NCBI GenBank assembly: GCA_032718475.1 | Contig: JAUCBJ010007289.1 | Span: 310,001-374,000, forward strand | Direction: 5' to 3' | Length of the DNA stretch: 64,000 nucleotides | Source of the DNA: Nemertoderma westbladi | Taxonomy: Eukaryota > Animalia > Xenacoelomorpha | Shown here: positions 13,226 through 21,942 of the stretch, piece by piece | Numbering within the stretch: the stretch's first letter is position 1 | How the letters are laid out: every line of letters starts with the position of its first letter | Position numbers and translations under genes: made by a program | Notes under the pieces: generated by a model | Told to the model about the DNA's origin: nothing | Database searches by the model: none | Seen by the model: only the letters and a program-made list of their open reading frames with translations

Positions 13226-13834
13226 CTTGAATCAGTATTTTCATTTCAACCATTTCAACTGGGTTATTCCCAGATAGGCTATACCATCTAGGCCCTTTAT
13301 TATCTAACGCTCCGTATAATCCATTGAGGTTGGATTGATGGCACTCATTGTACCACCACGCCCCGTTATACTCCTGAGCGCAGTTACCATCTAACTTGTT
13401 ATCTAAATCGTTGTCATATGTTGTAAATGCCATTCCATTGTGGTAGTTGGTCAGCGAATCGCCGGCAGTAGAATCCTGGTCATTGTATTCTGATATCTTT
13501 AGCGTGTAGTTGGTGGCAGCAGATAGAACTTCAAAGGATGAATATTCTGCATAACTTACAATATTATTGTAGCAAAGTTCTACTATAAGTTGAACTCCTC
13601 CCTGCTGGGTGAGCTGGTGAATGTTTTCGAGGCCAAGCCAAAACTCGTTGTTTATGTCTCCGAACCCATCTACGTATTCATCCCAATTTCTATAGAAATC
13701 AACAATCCCATTCATTCTTCGTTGAATGACGATCCATTGATCTCCTTGTTGATCGTCGTAACGAAGATAACCGTTGAGACTGTTTACAGTGGCAGGAAGA
13801 ACTTCTCCGTTCGATTGTAACTCCGCGCATGTTT
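13226..13834 (-). CDS. Fibrinogen-related domain (FReD, ficolin/tenascin-C-terminal-like) exon, copy B (609 nt, phase 1-1)
   Basis: Acceptor TTTTCATATAG|AAACATGC; reads TCAELQSNG..WIVIQRR..EFWLGLENIH..NCAQEYNGAWWYNECHQSNLNGLY..VEMKILIQ. Donor is CAAG|GTTGGT and the length is divisible by 3. Confidence 0.85.
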
Positions 13835-14682
13835 CTATATGAAAAGAGGTAACGATGAAATATAAAATAATGAAACATTATGAAATAATTATTAAGTAAT
13901 TTAAACAATTTATACAATCTATGGATGTTAAAACATATAAAAATTATAAAATAATATTTTATATTAGACGACACTACAGACATGTAACTAATGATTAATT
14001 GTAATAAGAAAATTTTAACTGATGCTTTCTTTTTAACTGTATTAAAATTTGGAACACGTTGCCTAATAAAATAAAAAACCTCGATAATCAACCTTTTTTT
14101 TTTTTAGAATAATTTATTGAACATTAAATAATAATATAAATAATATATTACTATCACAATATATTATATAAAGTTTTAATAAACGATTCCATATTGATAC
14201 TAAATCTCTATTTTAAATACTCTATTTCCTTGGAAACGGGCCATCAACCAATAGGATCTCAGGCGGATTGTGGGGGGGGGGGGGGATTCTACCACCATTA
14301 CATTGGCAAGAAAGGCTGTCGTCTACACCATTAGCAGTCACTGTTGCTCCAAACCTAAATACTGTCAGGTATTCGATTCAAATACTGTCAGCTCTTGAAA
14401 GTGTCTTAATGTGTAAGTAATGTTACAATTTTGGAATAAAACTACCTACATGCTTGTTGCAAAGTACTTTACAGTGTTCTGATCCTCGTGGCTTTATTTT
14501 CACTCACTCACTAACGTTCGTTCATGTAACAAAGCAATCGGATCATCACACTGTAAAGTGCTGGTTCGATCTCTAGATATGGTAGAAGTATTTGGGAACA
14601 GTGCTTTCTTTAAATGCTGCATGCTAGACCAACAATGGCTTTAATCCTTCACTTGTCGGTAAATGGGAACCAAGGCAACTTG

Positions 14683-14752
14683 GGAAACGAGTGGAAGGGT
14701 TTACTGTGGAAGATCACCCATGGTGATGAACAGGCATTCCTTTAGGAAACAG
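14683..14752. repeat. Left remnant of the 63-bp satellite split by BEL element 1
   Basis: One unit GGAAGGGTTTACTGTGGAAGATCACCCATGGTGATGAACAGGCATTCCTTTAGGAAACAG ending in the TSD AACAG. Confidence 0.85.
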
Positions 14753-15955
14753 TGTACGCGCTTTTGAAGACCTTTAGCAGTTTAACCTGCCAAAATTTAT
14801 ATGTCTTTTGGTTTATAAATAGACTTTAGAAATTGACAAATATTTAATACCAATAAACACAACATTAGCAGAAGCCAGCCTAGTGCGCGTCCATTCACCC
14901 GCTGGATATACCCGGGAGACTGGATTCTGAGGGCTTAGATTGTTATTGCAGTGTAAGCTTACTGTATTATTCGATTGATCGCTAATAAATAATTTCTGAC
15001 CAATATTATTCACTTTCGGGAAATATTAACAGTTCCTTTAGGACGTGGCGCTCTATCTAGGTAAACAGAGATATGACTTATACTAAACACAACGGTAAGT
15101 CGGTAAGGCTTATGATTCACGTATGAGGCGCATTCTTTAGGAAATGCTTAGTTATCAGCCACAATCATGCACACTACCGGTAACACACAATACTGCTCAC
15201 TAATTTGCCGACCATCAATGAATTTTATCATATATAAAGAGAACAGCAACTGACTCATGTAGTGCTTATCAAATAGCATTAAATTCACTACAAACCACAA
15301 TAATATAAGTCGCAATCACTATATGTAACCCATCTCTCTAACCTGTAGTGTATAAAGAAAATTGGGAAATTTGGGTTCTTTATAGATGTTCTCCAAATAA
15401 TATTCAACCAAATGATACAAAATATGACAACAGTAAATATCAGTCTAATAATGTATGTTGAACCGATAATGTAAGACTGAACTGGACTGTTAAGACTGAT
15501 TGAGTTGATTGAGCCGATAACAGTTATACGCTCTATAATCTAAGCCTACTAATGTTTCTTCTAAAGTCTGAAACGAATTGACTCTAGAGCCGGTGTTCTT
15601 GGCCTAGATAGAAACAACACAACAGTATCACAAAAAAACAGTAAGACTGAACACTCCTAGCATGATCTGCCAAATATCTCCACATCGACAGAAAAAATCG
15701 CTCTGATTGGCTGTTAAGCTAAACAAAGAACCATGTGTCCAATGGCCGTTTCCATGTCAGCAACCAGCTGTTAGATGTCGTAATCTGAATCATCAAGGCT
15801 AAGCTGTGCCAGGGTATTTGACGCATTGCGGGTTTTTTGCCTTACCATGTCCGCCAAAGCACACATACAGAAGAATGACCTTTATGTCCGTTAAAACACC
15901 TATAACGGTACCTTGCGGGCGAGGGGGACTGATTATATCCGCAAAAGCTTTTACA
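14753..15955 (-). repeat. 3' LTR of element 1 (1203 bp)
   Basis: Matches 32428-33622 except for about 7 substitutions and an 8-bp indel. On the minus strand it is preceded by the purine tract GGGAGTGG (PPT-like, 15956-15963). Confidence 0.95.
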
Positions 15956-16033
15956 CCACTCCCAGAAAATGGGATTCAAGTTTATAAATATACAAAAATC
16001 ACAGTTTCTAATATATGTAAATACTCTAAACAG

Positions 16034-19000
16034 TTAGTCTTTCTTGCGCGGACGGCGTTTACGCAGTTTTTTAAAGCTAGCCAGAGTCTTTTTCTCTTTG
16101 GGGCGAGCCACTTTACAAGGAGGGCTATAACTCCTGGGTGAAGGGTGCAATATAATTGCATCAGAGGGTGTAGGATTATGGTCGGTGTATCCGCCAGTCG
16201 AAGTGCTGGGTTGATTGACATCAACGTCGGGGGAGAGGGGTCTAACGGCTTTAAGAGCTCGTTTTAAGACAGCCGCTCTTACGGGTCCTTTACGAGTGGT
16301 CTGAACGAGAGCCGTGGGTGGACCATAGGCAGTTAGAAACCTCCGGGGTTTAATGGTTCTTTCCAACTCGCGTTCGCGGGCTCGGTATTCGTAAGGCCGT
16401 CGATATACTTCCTGTAACTCGGGGTGTGAGTTAACAAATAAGTCTCCATAGTCCGGATCCTGACGGATATAATTGATTAAGTTATAGGAATGAAGGTCGC
16501 TAGGATTAACACTCCTGAGAAATTTGCGTACGAATTTGGTTGAAATACATTCTCCGACGCGCTTCAGTAGTTCGTAACTCGATATGCGTGATTTCTGTTC
16601 GACAGAAGCGAATAGATAAGGATGGAACGCATAAACTCCTTCGTAAGCGCGTCCAGGATAATAACGATGGCGCGAATCACAATGTAAATCAGCGTTCGCT
16701 TCCCAAGCTCTGATGTAACGTAGTGTGATCATTTCATCTACGCTTTCCAAATCGCGATTAAAAGGGCAATCGAAACTGGCGTGTCCCTTTAGTTGACAAT
16801 GGTGACATTGAGTCATAAATTGAGGGCAAACCGCAAAAATGTGCAAGTTATTGAGTCTGCAATATGCGTAATAAATTTCCATAGTCGGTTGTTCTTGGAA
16901 ATAGGAACAGCGGACGTTTGTGTCCATGGGCGTATCATGGTCTCTCGATGCGCATAACCGACAACGTTGCCTAGAAACATAGTTGGCATGTCGATAATCG
17001 TACGCAGTGAGACACTGTGGACCTTGATACCATTCTATGATGTAATCGTTGTCGCTGTTCCGGGGCGCGATAGGCTGAATCTCCTCAGATTCTAGACATA
17101 TTGGTTCGTCTTCCAAGTGCATAGCTGAGGTGGGCGTGTCTGTCTCTTCAGGTGGACCTATTGTCTGAATTTCCATGACAGAATAACCTGTGGGGATTCG
17201 AGGTCTTTGTATAACAGAGGAGTGCAAGTTCGATATACAAATCTCTTTGAAAATGGCGAATCCAGCGCTATCCAACTTCTCTGCAGCTGAGTTTCTTAGG
17301 CTGAGCTTGGTCAAAGCGCGGTCTTTAAATTGGCTATCCACGTTGCGGAACGGGGTTAAAAATCGCCGGAAACATTCGAAGCGGATGAATTTATTATGTT
17401 CATCTAGCTTAGCGAGTTTGGTCCCAAGTATTAATGGATGGGCGTGTATAGTACGACTGCACACATCGGCTAGCCAACCGGCAAGTGCGGTGTTTTCAAA
17501 GATCGTGTATATAGCTAAGGAGGGACGGAGTGGAACACTCATGAAGCTATACACGGCGCCAGGTGCGGTCAATGGTCCATCAAAGTATAATCGAGAATAA
17601 TGGTCTCCGTATACTTGTTGATAGTTAATGGGATTTCCGACTTTGAAATTCCATCCGTATTCCTGAAAGGCAAGATGTCCGATGGAAGTTCGTTGCACCT
17701 TTGTAATGTTGCTAGACGTATTAGCATACATGGTGCGGAAGAAACCTCGACCTTCTGCCCAGGGAGCAATCAGCTGAGTATCAACGAAAGGGTATGGAAT
17801 GTTCTCCATATTCCGAAAGTCGTTTTGGAGATCTCCATAAACAGCTGAGCCGATTTTAAGGATTCTTTCGTTGAACAACATCTCGAGTACTGGCTGGGGT
17901 AACATCGATCCATCGATACCCATGGCCGGTTTGCGTTCGGTGTCAATGACGTAACGCTGCGCGAGTTCGAATTGTCCATGTCGGAGATTCTTTTGTGTTT
18001 CGGTGAGAGTTTCAAAGGAATAATCAATCACGTCGGAACACGCTCGAGTAAACACATGGGTAGAACCAGCTAATCCGCGTATGTGGATCATGCGCGTAGT
18101 TCCTAGTTCTCCGACCGGAACGCTACCTTCATTATCGTAGGTGACAACTCCATACATCTCAATAACATTAAGAGTTTCATTCCACTCCTTGGTGGCGTTC
18201 TCTAGGGTCATCCCTACTGGATGCCACAAGGTGGCGCATTGGTTAGCGTCAGGGAGATCACTATACTTCATGTGCTGAGTGGTATACGTCTCCACATTTC
18301 CATATCTTTGTATTTTCTCTTCTTCAAATAATACATCTAGATTCCAATGGACTAATCGAGTTTTAATAAATCCATCGAGATTATAAGGGGGTTCTATATC
18401 TTTCTCGATTCTAGAAATGTTATATGGTTTTCTAAATGAGTTTACCTTTACTAACTGATCCAGATGTTTCTGCAATTGTTCGAGTTCGACAATGTCTAGA
18501 GGATTTATTAGTGGTAGAAACTTTAAATTATGCGTCGGGTCTTCTGGTTTTACCATATAATATTGAGTCAGATTAACGTAATAAGGGTGGTCTTTAATCC
18601 CATAAAACGAGTTCTGTAAAGGTCTAGCGCGTATGTTGACATCGTGTACCATACGACGGACAAGATCCGCTCGATTGTCCGGAGGTTCAACGAGTATACC
18701 GTCAACACGAGCGGCCTCAATCGGCGGACGCTGTAACATAGGGGCTTCAGCGATAAGATTTTGCGATCCTGTACTGATATCAACCGGTTGAGGTTGTATC
18801 GTCGCGAAGAGTTTGTCTCCGAAATGTGGAATCATCGAGGGATGACGAACGGTTTTAGAGTAGAGATCTGTCATAAGGATTTGAGCTTCGGGTTGGGCTA
18901 AAGCGGCTTCTTCTCTCTCGTCCATTTTCGTGTGTTTCTCCTCGAGTAGATTTTCTTCCGCTTGTCTCTGTAAGCGTTCATCTAAAAATTCTTGTAGAGA

Positions 19001-19264
19001 ATACGTGCGTCCAAGCTCGATGTCTTCCTCGAGGTTTTGGATTTCTCTATCGAACTGTGGCAAGGCTAACTCCTTCACCGATTGGACTTGTTGTTGTAAT
19101 TTACGTTTCTCTAAACAATCTTGTGTTCCCTTTCCGATCTTCTGTCGAATAGCGTCTAAAGCGTTTCTTATAACGCTCTCCTCGACTTCCGTGGCGGGTT
19201 GCATCGGGTTTAATCCTGGACGATTGTAAGGATCAAAGGGCGATATTAACTGCCCGCGTCCCAA
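16034..19264 (-). CDS. Element 1 accessory ORF, C-terminal part: coiled coil, DEDDy-like 3'-5' exonuclease domain, CCHC knuckles and basic tail
   Basis: ExoI VTYDNEG, LPQPVLEMLFNERILKIGSAVYGD (ExoII), FVDTQ and ExoIII-like YTIFE. Knuckles CRLCASRDH and CHHCQLKGHASFDC. Homologous to 52743-55292. Confidence 0.75.
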   Translation of the reverse strand: MGRGQLISPFDPYNRPGLNPMQPATEVEESVIRNALDAIRQKIGKGTQDCLEKRKLQQQVQSVKELALPQFDREIQNLEEDIELGRTYSLQEFLDERLQRQAEENLLEEKHTKMDEREEAALAQPEAQILMTDLYSKTVRHPSMIPHFGDKLFATIQPQPVDISTGSQNLIAEAPMLQRPPIEAARVDGILVEPPDNRADLVRRMVHDVNIRARPLQNSFYGIKDHPYYVNLTQYYMVKPEDPTHNLKFLPLINPLDIVELEQLQKHLDQLVKVNSFRKPYNISRIEKDIEPPYNLDGFIKTRLVHWNLDVLFEEEKIQRYGNVETYTTQHMKYSDLPDANQCATLWHPVGMTLENATKEWNETLNVIEMYGVVTYDNEGSVPVGELGTTRMIHIRGLAGSTHVFTRACSDVIDYSFETLTETQKNLRHGQFELAQRYVIDTERKPAMGIDGSMLPQPVLEMLFNERILKIGSAVYGDLQNDFRNMENIPYPFVDTQLIAPWAEGRGFFRTMYANTSSNITKVQRTSIGHLAFQEYGWNFKVGNPINYQQVYGDHYSRLYFDGPLTAPGAVYSFMSVPLRPSLAIYTIFENTALAGWLADVCSRTIHAHPLILGTKLAKLDEHNKFIRFECFRRFLTPFRNVDSQFKDRALTKLSLRNSAAEKLDSAGFAIFKEICISNLHSSVIQRPRIPTGYSVMEIQTIGPPEETDTPTSAMHLEDEPICLESEEIQPIAPRNSDNDYIIEWYQGPQCLTAYDYRHANYVSRQRCRLCASRDHDTPMDTNVRCSYFQEQPTMEIYYAYCRLNNLHIFAVCPQFMTQCHHCQLKGHASFDCPFNRDLESVDEMITLRYIRAWEANADLHCDSRHRYYPGRAYEGVYAFHPYLFASVEQKSRISSYELLKRVGECISTKFVRKFLRSVNPSDLHSYNLINYIRQDPDYGDLFVNSHPELQEVYRRPYEYRARERELERTIKPRRFLTAYGPPTALVQTTRKGPVRAAVLKRALKAVRPLSPDVDVNQPSTSTGGYTDHNPTPSDAIILHPSPRSYSPPCKVARPKEKKTLASFKKLRKRRPRKKD

Positions 19265-19269
19265 TCCGG

Positions 19270-20286
19270 CTAAGTAGGATGGCGAATGTCTAACGAACCC
19301 ACTACCGGAGCACCACCGAATAATTGTTCGGGTAACACTAAGTCTTTGAACAGGGAATATAGTTCGGGAGGATCAGTGATACTGTTAGGATCAAGAGTTT
19401 GAGGTCTCACTAGAGAATGAGGAGGCCTGACCGAGTATTCCGGAACTCTGATCATGGGTTTATTCAGTGATCGTTTAAGACGAGCGATCGTAGGTGGTAC
19501 GTCGAACAGGTTTCGCTCGAAACTCCCGTAAGTGTAACGTGTAAAGCTGTGTTTAGCGCAACGTCTCCGCGGATGTTTATGTCTTTCAGTTTGTTGGTTG
19601 GGTCTAGGGCATTCGTCACAATAATACCAAAGACGTACGTCCTGCAGAGGAAATGCGGGTGATCGTTCTCCAGTTTTGCAGTATTCTTCCATTTGTTCAA
19701 AACTATCCGGGATAACAGGTAGTGGACGATCGGCGGTAAGATACATCATAGTGAAATAGAGCCGTTTGAGTTCTACCACAGGGTCATGATGTATACCTTG
19801 AGGATATCGAGTCTCTAGGTTCTGCTGACTGGCGATGTTGAGATAGGTTTCTCTCAAAAATTCTAGGTATTCGTTGAAGTCGATGCGTTTATCCGGTTCT
19901 TCAACGTTTTCTCTTTCCAGTCTATTACGAATAGAATTTTCGTGATCTATTCTCGGTTTATCGTTACGACTCCGCTGGGTATGATATTTAAATAGAACCA
20001 TTTCCCTCTCTGTATCTACATCGTCCGTATCATGTAAATCGATAGGATGGCCGGTAGTTAAGAAGTCCGTATACGTACCATTACGATTCGTATAGCGAGC
20101 GGTGAATTTTCGATAATCCAATTCATGCGCAAGTTGTTCTTGGGACATCGGCGGTTCGATATAACGACCATCGTCCTCTGTAATGGTTGGATCGGCTTCA
20201 CCGCGTATTAAGCTATCCACAAATGCTTGTAAAGGTAGAGTATATCGCTCCCTAATACCAAGATCATCTTCTATCAACTCCGTCAT
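19270..20286 (-). CDS. Element 1 accessory ORF, N-terminal part (338 aa); probably frameshifted from 16034-19264
   Basis: ATG start and a Cys/His cluster YCDEC..RCAKH. The homologous region of element 2 reads CGC CCA TCT TAC CTA GCC GGA, which suggests a 1-nt loss in element 1 near 19283. Confidence 0.65.
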   Translation of the reverse strand: MTELIEDDLGIRERYTLPLQAFVDSLIRGEADPTITEDDGRYIEPPMSQEQLAHELDYRKFTARYTNRNGTYTDFLTTGHPIDLHDTDDVDTEREMVLFKYHTQRSRNDKPRIDHENSIRNRLERENVEEPDKRIDFNEYLEFLRETYLNIASQQNLETRYPQGIHHDPVVELKRLYFTMMYLTADRPLPVIPDSFEQMEEYCKTGERSPAFPLQDVRLWYYCDECPRPNQQTERHKHPRRRCAKHSFTRYTYGSFERNLFDVPPTIARLKRSLNKPMIRVPEYSVRPPHSLVRPQTLDPNSITDPPELYSLFKDLVLPEQLFGGAPVVGSLDIRHPT

Positions 20287-20365
20287 ATCTGCTATCTGAG
20301 TTTATTAATATCAAATGAGTTTATGTTTAGGCGAGCGGGCGTCGCTGCCTACCTCTCTTTGCCCC

Positions 20366-20470
20366 CGGACAGTGGGATTCTCAGCGCCGATGTACCGTCG
20401 TCGCGGTGTTTACGCCAACATGTAGCAACAGCACGACAACGATAACCGGCACAAGACACTCCACTGTCCG
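20366..20470 (-). other. Conserved RNA stem-loop upstream of the accessory ORF
   Basis: Outer stem CGGACAGTGG/CCACTGTCCG; the inner arms pair fully on the minus strand through G-U pairs. Homolog at 38729-38836. Confidence 0.55.
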
Positions 20471-21942
20471 TCCCAAAGGCTTGGATCCACTTTAGGTTCT
20501 TTCTATAGGAGAGTTGGGCTACCTTTACAATTGCGACTAGCTACTGTAAACATACTTTAGCAGTAACATTCACCTATAAACGCACAAATTCCACACAACT
20601 GTCACCAATTGTACACATACAGGCCATTTGTCCGTTAGTCAGTGCCTTCCAGAATGTCACGTTATTACTGTATATCCTTGGATACTAACAGTGTGCTATG
20701 TATTCTCTATGCTATGCAATGGAACAAGCTTTCTATTGTTCTTTTAACTTGCTTCTAATTCTAGCGTCGGTGTTGCTATGGTGACATTATGGAATGCTAG
20801 CGGTAGAATTAGGGTAATTCTCATGCATACAGATCTGGGATGCCATTTAATAGTAATTCTTTAATTGTCAATATCCTCTTTATGCATGATTTTATTAATT
20901 TTATCGGCTATTGACTATATGTTGGAGATTCTCGCACTCTAATACACTCAATAGGATGAATCTCCGCTCCCATGATCTATTAATTAATGGAATTTTGGGA
21001 ATGTTATAAATTGCACAAAACGACAATTTATGAAATTCATTTAAAATATGAATTTAAATTTCTTCCCGTGAATTTTATTATTTGATGTTAAAATTGACAC
21101 AATTTTTTATTCCAGAGCATGTCTGGGGACTGAGGATCCCTAATTCTATAAAATTGTCTTTTAAGAGTATCGGTAAGTGCTGCGATATCTTAATTGACTA
21201 GAGATTTTAAAGGATCTGAATTTTACAGATTTTAATAAATATTAAATTAATATTCAAGATGGGCACCAATTTATTCCAGAACTTGTCTGGGGACGTTAAC
21301 CACTGATTCTAGAATTTGTCTTTCAAGTATATCGGTGGGTGCCGCGATATCTTAATCGAATAGAATTACAGATGGTCAAAAGGTTTAACAGATTTATTTG
21401 CGTTTTACGCTACTGTTAGAGGGACATCACGCTACTATATGTATTATTTAATATAAGGTAGAAGAGCAATATCGCACGAAGCAATGTCAGTGTGAAGAGG
21501 CAAGTCGTTTCCAAGGTCTACCCAGAGCTTGGTTTAGCCGAGACACGAGGATCTGAACTTTGCATTCCTAATACTCTGCCTACCAATAATACTTAAATAT
21601 AGTAGTGGCTTTATTGTACTTTAATAAGTACGGACATTTCATCTTACTGTAGTCACGTATTTATAATATGATACGGACAGTAAGGAAAGAGAAAAAATTA
21701 TTTCTCGCCGTCACACTAAATATATATTATATATATGTAATTACGTAATAAACACTAATATATTGCACTAATCTACTAAATAATCTAAAATAACATTCTA
21801 CTAAATAAAATTGAATAAAAACGATTACAATAAAGTACATAATAACGTTCACATATAAAAATATAATAAAATAGATAAAATAATATAGTCATACACCCAC
21901 TCCAGACGTATCACGTTGGGGAGTCCCTAGATGTTTGAGGAA

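Noticed and set aside
14813-15013. Short ORFs repeated in the LTRs and HINE copies
   Set aside because: They recur only because the repeats are duplicated, mostly have non-ATG starts, and show no recognisable domains.
16034-20286. The accessory ORF as an env gene
   Set aside because: No signal peptide or transmembrane segment is visible; the motifs indicate a nuclease with zinc knuckles.
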